Positions 50,715 through 59,575 are shown, counted from the whole stretch's first letter. The stretch is 63,932 nt of DNA, filler included, from an uncultured bacterium (GCA_964471275.1; 5 parts of 5 records of this genome joined end to end with filler, not necessarily neighbours in it); one strand, 5' to 3'. Notes: generated by a model from the letters alone, not told the origin. Program-made: numbers and translations.

Positions 50715-51190
50715 CCACAGCTCTTTACCCGGGTACGTTTGATCCAATGACTTATGGTCACCTGGATCTGGCGACCCGTGCGCTCAAGATCTTCGACTGC
50801 GTTGTGGTCGCGATCGGTGTGAACCCGCAGAAGAATCCCATCTTCAGCGTCGAGGAGCGTTCGGATATGATTCGGACCGCCCTCAACGATGACCGCATCG
50901 AGGTCGATTCATACGAGGGTCTCACGGTCCATTACGCTGCCAGACGGGGCATCCACACGGTGATCCGCAGCCTCCGCACCCTTGATGAGTTCGAGTCCGA
51001 GATCGCCATGACAACGGCCAACCGACTTCTCCTACCCGAGTTTGAGAGCGTCTACCTGGCGCCAAGTGCCCAGTACGCACACATCAGTTCGACACTTGTT
51101 CGAGAGATCGCCCAGTTTGGCGGCGATCTCTCTCCCTTTGTCCCGCCGCACATCCGATCACGACTGGTGGAAACGTTTTCAAGGTCGTAG
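50711..51190 (+). CDS. coaD: Phosphopantetheine adenylyltransferase
   Basis: ALYPGTFDP.T.GH.D, N..K...FS..ER, ISSTLVRE. Confidence 0.95.
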   Translation: MTTALYPGTFDPMTYGHLDLATRALKIFDCVVVAIGVNPQKNPIFSVEERSDMIRTALNDDRIEVDSYEGLTVHYAARRGIHTVIRSLRTLDEFESEIAMTTANRLLLPEFESVYLAPSAQYAHISSTLVREIAQFGGDLSPFVPPHIRSRLVETFSRS

Positions 51191-51239
51191 ATCCAGGTCA
51201 CCTTGCAGGGCCACGGTGACGTGACTATAGTTGCACATC

Positions 51240-52229
51240 ATGTTCGTCGATCAAGTCAAAATGTATGTTCGCTCGGGTGCCGGTGGGGATGGATGCAAGA
51301 GCTTCCGACGGGAAAAGTTCGTGCCCCACGGAGGACCCGATGGCGGGGACGGTGGTACCGGTGGCGACGTTGTATGTGTTGTTGAGCCGCATCTCGCGAC
51401 GCTGCTCGATCATCGCTATCAACAACACGCGAACGCCGGACGGGGCGAGCACGGGAAGGGGAAGAACCGAACTGGGAGCAACGGTGAGGACTGTGTCCTG
51501 GCGGTCCCCCCCGGGACGGTCATCAAGAACGCGGAATCAGGAGATATCCTTGCCGACCTGACAGATCCGGGTGAACGTGTTGTGATCGCTCCCGGTGGCC
51601 GAGGAGGCCGTGGTAACGCACGGTTTGCGACCCCCACCAACCGTGCCCCCGAGCGTGCAGAACCGGGTGGGGCAGGCTTGGAAATGGAGGTGGAACTCGA
51701 ACTCAAGCTGATTGCTGATGTCGGTCTTGTTGGTCATCCGAATGCGGGCAAGTCCACCCTCCTCTCTCGGGTATCTGCGGCACATCCCAAGATCGCAGAC
51801 TACCCCTTCACGACACTCCAGCCAAACCTCGGGATCGTGCCATACGAAGACTTCGGGAGCTTTGTAGTCGCTGACATCCCCGGACTCATCGAAGGCGCAC
51901 ACGAAGGGAAGGGATTGGGATTCCAGTTTCTACGGCACGTCGAGCGCACCCGAGTTCTTCTCTTTATGGTCGACATCTCCAGCCCGGACCCTGTTGGCGA
52001 TCTGGAGATCCTCCGGGCAGAGCTTGAGCAGTTCAGCCCGGCTCTCCTGAAGAAACCTGCTCTCCTTGCCGCGACAAAGATCGATGCCGTCCCACCAGAG
52101 GAGCGGAACACCACCCACGTTGGCGACCACGAGGCAATCCCCATCTCATCTGTCACGGGCGAGGGATTGCCAAAGCTCATGCACGCATTGGGTGACATCG
52201 TACGAGACAGCAGGGCGCTGGATGAATGA
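51240..52229 (+). CDS. obgE: GTPase ObgE
   Basis: FVDQV, SFRREKFVP.GGPDGGDGG, LELKLIADVGLVG.PNAGKST, DYPFTTL.PNLG, DIPGLIEGA. Confidence 0.96.
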   Translation: MFVDQVKMYVRSGAGGDGCKSFRREKFVPHGGPDGGDGGTGGDVVCVVEPHLATLLDHRYQQHANAGRGEHGKGKNRTGSNGEDCVLAVPPGTVIKNAESGDILADLTDPGERVVIAPGGRGGRGNARFATPTNRAPERAEPGGAGLEMEVELELKLIADVGLVGHPNAGKSTLLSRVSAAHPKIADYPFTTLQPNLGIVPYEDFGSFVVADIPGLIEGAHEGKGLGFQFLRHVERTRVLLFMVDISSPDPVGDLEILRAELEQFSPALLKKPALLAATKIDAVPPEERNTTHVGDHEAIPISSVTGEGLPKLMHALGDIVRDSRALDE

Positions 52230-52440
52230 AAACATTGGGGACTGGCTTGCTCTGCCCTCACTCTCCGGACAGAAGAACAGGATTGTCGCCTGTCTGTCTC
52301 ACCACACGGGAACTCACGTAGACACGATTGCCAGCGAGATACGGCTTCCCCCTCGCGAAATTCTGTCGACACTGCTCACGCTGGAACTCTCCTCGCACGT
52401 GAATCAGCTCCCCGGCAAGCACTTCACCCCTAAAAACTAA
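52222..52440 (+). pseudogene. dprA: DprA remnant: N-terminal residues fused to the C-terminal winged-helix, core deleted
   Basis: MNENIGDWLAL | PSLS..RIV..L..HVD.IA..LLTLEL..V.QLPGK.F; only 72 aa. Confidence 0.7.
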
Positions 52441-52472
52441 ACGGGTCGACCGCTCAGCGATCCACCCGTTTT
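52432..52472. terminator. Bidirectional intrinsic terminator
   Basis: AAACGGGT...ACCCGTTT stem with inner CGCTCAGCG; T-tracts on both strands. Confidence 0.8.
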
Positions 52473-52981
52473 ACGACAACATCACCTCTTGCAGGACCAG
52501 CCTCAGCTTGAGGAGTCTGCCCCCTCCTGATGCACCTTTTCTGGCTCCGACCAGGACCCCAGGAGTCGAGACACCGCGTCCTCCTAAGCCCGGGTATCCG
52601 ACATCTCTAACTGCTCACTTCGACTTAGCCCCCTGAGTTCCCTCGGCGAGATCCGGTGCAGAGTCTACCTGCGTGGGTTCATCGACAGGTGTCACGCCAA
52701 GCTTCTGAATCCTCACGACAAACTGGTTCTTTTGGTTGTCAAGCCTGTCGATACCGGCGATGATTTCCTTATGATCTCATTCCCGCTTGGCCTCTGTCGC
52801 TGCCCTGAGCTGAGCTGAGGCACCGATTGTTTGAGTGGGCCTGACGTCTCGAAGTAGCGTATACACCACGAACAGAAGGTTACACAGCCCTGCAGCATCC
52901 AGGACACGGACCTGCCTCGCAATTGACGGGGATTACCAACTGCAGCACAGGATCCAGTTACAGGACCTGCACGCCAAACAC
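52432..52981 (-). ncRNA. Candidate large structured non-coding RNA (~540 nt) of unrecognised class
   Basis: Own promoter and terminator, no credible long ORF, several nested helices including two perfect 9-bp long-range pairings. Confidence 0.6.
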
Positions 52982-52987
52982 ATAATA

Positions 52988-53016
52988 ATTATAAAGATAG
53001 CCTCTACTTTCGTCAA
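52988..53016 (-). promoter_or_regulatory. Near-consensus sigma70 promoter
   Basis: TTGACG (53016-53011) - 17 nt - TATAAT (52993-52988). Confidence 0.8.
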
Positions 53017-53042
53017 CGGATGCACCCACGAACCACGAACGC

Positions 53043-53096
53043 ATAGAGACCAGGGATGTTCAAGGCCTGATAGAAACCAGGGATGTTCAAGGCCTG
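53043..53096. repeat. 27-bp tandem duplication
   Basis: ATAGAGACCAGGGATGTTCAAGGCCTG / ATAGAAACCAGGGATGTTCAAGGCCTG, one mismatch. Confidence 0.9.
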
Positions 53097-55224
53097 TCTG
53101 TTAACCCCACAATCGGGCACTTCAGTGACGACAACCTTTTTCACAGCCACATTGCTCTTCATGACATCCCCTGTCCCGGCCGCTGTTGAGCCGGTCACCA
53201 TCGATTCTCTACTTGCTGTGGTTGCGGACACCGCTCTGTCGTTCCAGACCCGAAGCGATGCGTCCAAAGCCGCGGCTCGTAAGGATGCATCGGGTCACTC
53301 GGATGCAGCACGCGCCCGGCTTCTGATGAGCGCCCCTTCACCCGGCAATCTCGTTGCTGCCCAGAGTTCCGCGAAGCGAGCGCTGAAGTGGGATCGGCAT
53401 AACGCCGAATACATCGGTCTCATGTCACGTCTCCTCTGGCGGATCGGTCGCCGCACCAGCTCACTTGGCTATGCGGAGCGTGCCATCAAGGCCAACCCGA
53501 ACCACCCGGTGGGATATTACTGGTCTGGACGGTTCCACTTTTGGGAGACGATGAAGTATCTCTGGATGAGTCGGGTGGAAACCAACACAGACAGCCGAGG
53601 CGTTACTCGATCCCATCGAATCGAGATGAGAAGGTGGGGAGAAGAAGCCAGAGAGAGGGCGGAATCAGCGTTCACACACGTGCTCCGTCTCGATCCCGGA
53701 CACACGGCTGCACGTCGCTACCTCGGTCTGATCTACTACCAGACACGACGCCCAGAAGAGCTCCGTGAACTCTTCAGGTCGGTTGTCCTCGAGGCCCCGG
53801 ACGACCCGCTCGGACATTTTACGATCGGGATGTCCTACCACCTCGACCGCGACTACGAAAGGGCATACAGGGCCTACAACAAGGGCCTTCACCGGATGCC
53901 TGCCGAGCAGCAGCGATTTATGCTTGCGGTCTTCACCGACAACAGCACGGATACACTTGAATCCCTACCTGACATGAAGACATTGCAGCGATTCTGGACG
54001 GGTAAGAACCCCCTCTATATGTCACCCGTAAACGAGCGGATGCTTGAGCAATGCCGTCGCGTAACCTACGTCAATCTGCGGTATGGGGATCCAGAGAAGG
54101 GCATTGCCGGTTGGACAACCGATCGCGGACAGGCCTTTATCCGCTTCGGCGATCCAATCGCACTTCAGGCACGTCCCCCGGAGATGAACACCGGCATAGA
54201 CGATCCGATTGTGCTGCAAAGGAATCAGTTCTACGAAAAGTGGTGGTTCGGAAAGACCAGCGATCAGTACCAATTCGGGAAAGAACTGTGGGAGTACGAA
54301 GACTTCATCTTGATCTTCGACAACACGGACACACGAGACTCCTGGAAATTCAGGATCGCCTCGCTTGACGGCGCCATCATCGGATTGGATGATCTCGTCG
54401 AACGTGTCCCAGAACGCTTTGTGGACCCCTTCAAGGACAGACGCTTTCCCGTTCCGTATCAGGTCGGCCAGTTCCGGGGCAAATCGGGACAGTCACGAAT
54501 AGAGATCTACTATGCCATTCCCTCGACCAAGGTTGAAACAGAAAAATCGAAGGGTACTGCGGTTGTTGACTTGACGAAGGGGTTATTCCTGTTCACCACC
54601 GATTGGGACACGCTGGACATTCAGAAGACTGCAGTCGACCGTCTCGCCTGGATCAAGGATAGAGGCGTGGGTGATGGCTACTTGCTGTCCGGGGAGGTAC
54701 TCAACCTGGCGCCCGGGGAATACCACATTGCTGGCGAAGTGATGGGCAGGAAGAGCGAGGGTGTCGGTGGCTTCAAGACAAGATTGCCAGTGCGGGTCTT
54801 CTCCCGCGACACACTCGAAATCAGCGATATCCTGCTGGCAAGGCGCGTGATCGAAAAACCTGAACGGCCCTTCGGGAGAGAGCGATTTGTGATCCTCCCC
54901 AACCCGGTCAAGACGACACCGCGCAGCAGGAAAGCTTACTTCTACTTCGAAATCTACAACCTGACTCGGGATGCCTTCGGCAGGACGAGTTACAAGATCA
55001 CCTATCAAACCAAACCCGTTCCGACGGACGATGATGAGACAAATCCGGATTGGGTCACTGCTGTCACTCAGGAGGTCATCGGAGATCACAGTTGGGAGCC
55101 GGTGTATCTTGCATTGGACTTGCAGGAAGCGAAGCCGGGCCTACGCGACTTCCGTGTTCTCATCGAAGATTCACTCTCCTCGGAAACCGCCTCGGCCTCC
55201 ACGCAGTATCGTATCCGCTGGTAA
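53083..55224 (+). CDS. GWxTD domain-containing protein with TPR repeats (start may be GTG 53125)
   Basis: FW...NP....NE, GWTTDRGQAFIRFGDP, ELWEY, ISDILL, YFEIYNL; TPR-like helices and a signal-like N-terminus. Confidence 0.88.
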   Translation: MFKACLLTPQSGTSVTTTFFTATLLFMTSPVPAAVEPVTIDSLLAVVADTALSFQTRSDASKAAARKDASGHSDAARARLLMSAPSPGNLVAAQSSAKRALKWDRHNAEYIGLMSRLLWRIGRRTSSLGYAERAIKANPNHPVGYYWSGRFHFWETMKYLWMSRVETNTDSRGVTRSHRIEMRRWGEEARERAESAFTHVLRLDPGHTAARRYLGLIYYQTRRPEELRELFRSVVLEAPDDPLGHFTIGMSYHLDRDYERAYRAYNKGLHRMPAEQQRFMLAVFTDNSTDTLESLPDMKTLQRFWTGKNPLYMSPVNERMLEQCRRVTYVNLRYGDPEKGIAGWTTDRGQAFIRFGDPIALQARPPEMNTGIDDPIVLQRNQFYEKWWFGKTSDQYQFGKELWEYEDFILIFDNTDTRDSWKFRIASLDGAIIGLDDLVERVPERFVDPFKDRRFPVPYQVGQFRGKSGQSRIEIYYAIPSTKVETEKSKGTAVVDLTKGLFLFTTDWDTLDIQKTAVDRLAWIKDRGVGDGYLLSGEVLNLAPGEYHIAGEVMGRKSEGVGGFKTRLPVRVFSRDTLEISDILLARRVIEKPERPFGRERFVILPNPVKTTPRSRKAYFYFEIYNLTRDAFGRTSYKITYQTKPVPTDDDETNPDWVTAVTQEVIGDHSWEPVYLALDLQEAKPGLRDFRVLIEDSLSSETASASTQYRIRW

Positions 55225-55231
55225 ACAAGAA

Positions 55232-55257
55232 AACGGGAGTGCCAAGGCACTCCCGTT
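55232..55257. terminator. Hairpin terminator between the GWxTD gene and lexA
   Basis: AACGGGAGTGCC-AA-GGCACTCCCGTT. Confidence 0.8.
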
Positions 55258-55285
55258 CCATCTACCGAAGTTCTGCGATACCTGA

Positions 55286-55918
55286 TCAGAATCTTCGCAT
55301 CAAGCTGACAATCTTCCCGGCAATCCGAAACTCCTGGTGGGAATCGACGATGATCGGCTCGTAGGTCTCGTTTTCGGCTACCAGCTCTACACCATCGCCA
55401 TCGACATGGTAGCGCTTGACCGTCGCCTCACCGTCGATGATCGCAACGATGATCTCGCCCTGATTGGCTGTCGTCTGGTAACGGGCCAGCACATAGTCGC
55501 CGTCCAGGATTCCCACGTTTACCATGCTGTCTCCCTCAACCTGCAGCGCGAACACCTCGCTACCAGGGGCAAAGCTACCGTCGACTGCGATTGTCTCCTC
55601 AAAATTCTCGATCGCCAGGATAGGCTCACCTGCCGCCACGCGCCCAATCAGCGGCACCTCGCGTATGTCAGCAGTGATTGCATTAGGAACCTCGCGATCC
55701 ATCTGTTCCGTTAACTCTATCCCACGCGAGAGCATCGGACGGCGGAGAATATGGCCCTTCTTCTCCAACGCAGCGAGTGTCGTTCTCACCCCGTTGGTAG
55801 AGGCGATCTCAAAGCGATCCATGATCTCCCGGATCGTCGGGGGGTATCCTTTGTCGCGTATCGTTGCCGCGATAAATTCGTATATCTCCCGTTGCCGGTC
55901 CGTTAGTTCCCTTGGCAT
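55286..55918 (-). CDS. lexA: SOS repressor LexA
   Basis: LTDRQ..I, GYPPTIREI, L.ALE.KG, GRVAAGEP (Ala-Gly cleavage site), GDSM, ATVKR. Confidence 0.96.
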   Translation of the reverse strand: MPRELTDRQREIYEFIAATIRDKGYPPTIREIMDRFEIASTNGVRTTLAALEKKGHILRRPMLSRGIELTEQMDREVPNAITADIREVPLIGRVAAGEPILAIENFEETIAVDGSFAPGSEVFALQVEGDSMVNVGILDGDYVLARYQTTANQGEIIVAIIDGEATVKRYHVDGDGVELVAENETYEPIIVDSHQEFRIAGKIVSLMRRF

Positions 55919-55970
55919 ATGTGTGTCCTCACATTCGGTCGTGTTGATAACCTCAATACCTGCACACCCG

Positions 55971-55999
55971 AATATAGTGCACATCTGTTCATATGTCAA
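55971..55999 (-). promoter_or_regulatory. lexA promoter with an embedded SOS-box-like site
   Basis: TTGACA-N17-TATATT; the spacer holds GAACAGATGTGC (55990-55979). Confidence 0.7.
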
Positions 56000-56019
56000 T
56001 GCTCGAAACGTGCCAATCC

Positions 56020-56048
56020 TTGACAGCTTTCTATGACACCTATATGTT
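56020..56048 (+). promoter_or_regulatory. Divergent sigma70 promoter
   Basis: TTGACA-N17-TATGTT. Confidence 0.6.
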
Positions 56049-56092
56049 CACAACATGTTGAATTTTCGAGAACTACGACATCGAGATGATGC

Positions 56093-57058
56093 TTGAAACG
56101 ACTACGCTTCGAAAGCTGGACGCCCTTCCGGTGGCACGGTATCGGTATCGACATCCCGATAGAGTGGAATCCGGGAAAGATCGTCGGTGATCCCAAATCG
56201 GGGAATGTACGACTCGATGATGCAGAAATGATCCGGGTCGAGTTGGAGTGGAAGAGCGCCGCTGGCGCCGATCACGTCGGCCAGATCGTCGATCGATACA
56301 TCGAGGGTCTGGCCAAGACGGCGCAGAAAGAGAAGCGTGCTCTGAACGTGGAACGTGGTACTGACACGCTCGATCTGGATCATCTGCCCTTCGAGGAAAT
56401 CGCATATTTCTCGTGGAGATCCAGCTTCGATATCCACACACTCGCCTGCTACAGCGACCTCTCCGACAGGATGTTCTTCGTACGCGTCATGGCTAAACCC
56501 GATGAAGACGCTACGGAACTCCTGCAGCGCCTCTACGACTCTCTGTCCGACACGGCCACTGAGGCCAGTCAGGCGTGGTCTCTATTTGGTCTTCAGGTGA
56601 CATCGCCTGCAGGCTACGGACTCGAAGAGTACGATCTCAAGTCGGGTCATATTCGTCTCCAATTCAGCTCAGGGAAATCCATCCTCCAAGTGGACCGGTT
56701 GAGTCTGGCGAGCACACTGCTTCGTGAGGTGGCCCTCGAAGAATGGTATGCGGCCTTCTTCGCGAAGGATCTTCGCTACATCAACTACGAAGTTGCCCTG
56801 GCACCGGATCTGGGCGATGACGGCATCTCAATAGAGGGCGAACCGAAGAGTCGATCACAGAGCATTCTGCAGCCCCTCCCCTTCTGGGACGCACGGCCAC
56901 GGCGATCATATCGGGCACGCTCGTGGCTGGACGAATCAGAAAATCGTATCCTTGCCGTTCAATCTTTCTGGAAATCGGAAGACGAGGCACCTGACATCGA
57001 TGCCGTCAGCAGGTCAGCGGGTGCCGGAGCGTCTGATAACGCCATCGCTGCAAGTTGA
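56093..57058 (+). CDS. Conserved hypothetical protein
   Basis: 321-aa ORF with an apparent two-fold internal pattern (W.GI.I.IP.EW..G / FGL.V..P..Y.L..G); precedes a PqqD-like gene. Confidence 0.7.
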   Translation: MKRLRFESWTPFRWHGIGIDIPIEWNPGKIVGDPKSGNVRLDDAEMIRVELEWKSAAGADHVGQIVDRYIEGLAKTAQKEKRALNVERGTDTLDLDHLPFEEIAYFSWRSSFDIHTLACYSDLSDRMFFVRVMAKPDEDATELLQRLYDSLSDTATEASQAWSLFGLQVTSPAGYGLEEYDLKSGHIRLQFSSGKSILQVDRLSLASTLLREVALEEWYAAFFAKDLRYINYEVALAPDLGDDGISIEGEPKSRSQSILQPLPFWDARPRRSYRARSWLDESENRILAVQSFWKSEDEAPDIDAVSRSAGAGASDNAIAAS

Positions 57059-57186
57059 TCCCGGGCTTGATGGGACAGTCCATACAATCGATCACGAGCA
57101 CGCTACCACACCGTATCTATAAACTTTATCCGATCGGGGCAAGGCATTGTGCGGTTCCATCGCCAAGATCCCGGACTAGAGGACCG

Positions 57187-57476
57187 ATGCTCCGCAAACA
57201 ACCGAAGATCGGCCGCGAGGCTATGCTCAAGTCGAAGCCGGCCCGGAATGAAGCCTTGCCCTGGGAGAAGAACGAAAACGATGAGGTCGTGATCACGATT
57301 GAGCGTCGGAAGGACTGGAAGGCTCGGATTCTGTCGAAGATGTTCTGGATCCCAGAAAACCGGACACTGATGCTCGACCAGATCGGCGCGCAGGTATGGG
57401 ATATGTGTGATGGGAAGACCTCCGTCGATGCGATGATTCGTAAACTAAGTAACGAGCACAAGCTGAACCTCAAGGA
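57187..57476 (+). CDS. PqqD-family (RRE-like) protein, 3' truncated
   Basis: ATG after AGAGGA; LDQIGAQVWDMCDGKTSV..I..L. Confidence 0.8.
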
Positions 57477-57576
57477 NNNNNNNNNNNNNNNNNNNNNNNN
57501 NNNNNNNNNNNNNNNNNNNNTTAATTAATTAANNNNNNNNNNNNNNNNNNNNNNNNNNNNNNNNNNNNNNNNNNNN
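57477..57576. other. Artificial scaffold linker
   Basis: N-run with TTAATTAATTAA. Confidence 0.95.
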
Positions 57577-58278
57577 GTGTCGGGCCGCAGGGCGCGTATC
57601 GGCATACAGCCGGGTGCATGCGATCCCCTCCGGCACGTCATCCGCCGACGCGTACCGCCCCGTCAGCACCCCCTGGGCAAGCGGGCTGTAACAGAGAAAT
57701 CCCATGCCGTGTTCCACGCACAGCGGCTGAATCTCCCGCTCAATCACCCGCCAGAACAAACTGTACGGCATCTGGTTGGTCTCAATCGCCACACCGATGT
57801 CCAGCAACGCCGTCAGATCTCCGACCGCAAAATTGCTCACCCCAATCGCCCGAATCTTGCCGTCCTGCTTCAACCGATCAAGCGCTGCCAGGGATTCCGC
57901 CAGCGGCGCCTTCCGGCTCGGCCAGTGAATCTGGTACAGATCAATCACATCCGTATTCAGATTTTTCAGACTGCGCTCACACGCGTCCACGATCCCTTCG
58001 GCCCACAGGTGCCCGGCGCTCACCTTGGTCGCAATCACCGCCTCGTGCCGGCGGCCTTCCAGCCCCTTTCCCAGCACCCGCTCCGAATGTCCCTTCCCGT
58101 ACCCCTCTGCCGAATCGAAGAAATTGATGCCTGCATCCAGCGCCGCGCGCACCGTAGCCACGGACACATCGTCGTCCTGGTCGCTCCAGTACGCGCCCCC
58201 GGCAAACGGCCAGCACCCAAGCGCAAACACGGATACGTCGATGTCCGTCTTCCCCAGCTTACGATATTCCATCATCAT
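57577..58278 (-). CDS. Aldo/keto reductase, 3' truncated
   Basis: LG.T..VS...LG, GINFFDSAEGYG.G.SE, IATK, DLYQIHWP, GKIRAIGVSNF, YSPLAQG. Confidence 0.92.
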
Positions 58279-58381
58279 CCTCTCGAGCGCTTGTAATACC
58301 TCTACCTAGTATGTCCAGTGCCATAATGGTGTTGACACAAGCCAGTATGCAGAATTGCCCCCAGGACCACTGCTTGCTCTA

Positions 58382-58626
58382 CACGCTGTTGATGACATTG
58401 TCTCGGTTCTGGACCTGTCTCAGGCCCGGAACGGGACGACCCCGTTAGCCTGGGGTGCAGACCCGCAGCCTGTCCGTCGAGCGTACAGCGAAGACGGACT
58501 GCGGGGCAAAACCCAGAGTTGGACGGACATTCGTGGGCTGCGCCGCGACGATCTCTCAGAATTCGAAACAGAATGCTCCCGGCGCGAATCGTGCAACCAC
58601 TATTCTGAATCAGCACAATCTGGTAG
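58382..58626. mobile_element. Short MITE-like dispersed repeat, copy 2 (longer)
   Basis: Shares both ends with 26418-26574; internal hairpin CCGCAGCCTGTC...GACGGACTGCGG. Confidence 0.6.
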
Positions 58627-58781
58627 ACGTAGACAAGCTACGCCCAGGACGGCGCCCGCCGCATAGTGCGGGAAGTCCAACCAATCGAACTCCACCCCAA
58701 TCAATGCTCCCCCTACCGGGTTCAGCCAAATCCCATCCAGAATCGCCGGATGCCACACCTGCCCGAACTCGATCAGACACG

Positions 58782-58997
58782 TTAGTTGATGCCAACCTCA
58801 CAGCCAGACCAGAAAACCACGTAGAGGAGCCCCACGGCGTGATGCCTGACCCACATCTCGCCGGGACCGCTGTATAGTTTGGTCCCAAACCTCAGCACCG
58901 CCAGCGTGCAGATGGCCACCCAGGTCAGCAGACCGCTTTTGACTCGACTGGACACGAACCACCAAGCCCTGACCGCTGCAACACAGCGCCCTACCAA
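58782..58997 (-). pseudogene. Truncated small membrane protein (DUF2809-like)
   Basis: TKLYSGPGEMWVRHHAVGLLYVVFW followed by an early stop. Confidence 0.45.
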
Positions 58998-59434
58998 CTG
59001 TCCTGATTCACAATTTCATCCTGTCGCTTGATGAACCTGTCTATCGAGTATCGACCCGCACCGACCAGCATATACATCACGGCGATGAACAGATACATCA
59101 GCGCCTTCTCCTTGCGCCCGAACGGATCCGCCGAGTGTGCAACGACACCCGCGACAAACATCGTGAATCCGACAAAAAACGCTGACACACGCGTCATGAA
59201 TCCTGCCGCAAGAAAGACGCCGCCAAATAGCTCTGCACTCCCTGCCGCCCAGGCAAAAAGAGCTGGCAGCGGGAAACTATTCCTCCCGACAGCCTCGATA
59301 AACCGCTCTGACGGCGGGATCTTACCCATCCCGTGTGCAAACGCCATGGACAGCCCTGTAAACACACGCAACAGCAGCAACCCGACATTCGCCGCCTTGG
59401 ACTGGATTCCCACGCCCCCAAAGAACAAGCTCAT
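58991..59434 (-). CDS. DoxX family membrane protein
   Basis: LLLLRVF.G..M..HG..K, AEL.GG..L..G..TR, GAGRYSID. Confidence 0.9.
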   Translation of the reverse strand: MSLFFGGVGIQSKAANVGLLLLRVFTGLSMAFAHGMGKIPPSERFIEAVGRNSFPLPALFAWAAGSAELFGGVFLAAGFMTRVSAFFVGFTMFVAGVVAHSADPFGRKEKALMYLFIAVMYMLVGAGRYSIDRFIKRQDEIVNQDSW

Positions 59435-59575
59435 ATTCCCCCTCACTCGTTAAGAGACCCGTCTGCCCTCTGTCCCCGTCAAATGCTCGGTTCCGGTCCG
59501 GACGGTTCTCACAACAGTTTCTTCACAAACCTACCGCATTTTCTGTAGCTGATTACCGCCTATCACGCGCACGGT

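Noticed and set aside
52432..52981. Identification as tmRNA, RNase P RNA, SRP, 6S, OLE or a group I/II intron
   Set aside because: It lacks tRNA-like ends with a T-loop and CCA, GAGGAAAGUCC/P4, the SRP GGAA loop motif and domain V. The length and branching do not fit 6S. This is by eye, so cmscan is needed.
52713..53104. ORFs 52713..52922 (-) and 52835..53104 (+)
   Set aside because: No RBS, atypical composition, and one runs across the promoter.
55919..55999. N-terminal extension of LexA in the ORF track
   Set aside because: It begins at the -35 box. The ATG at 55918 has an RBS and gives a normal LexA length.
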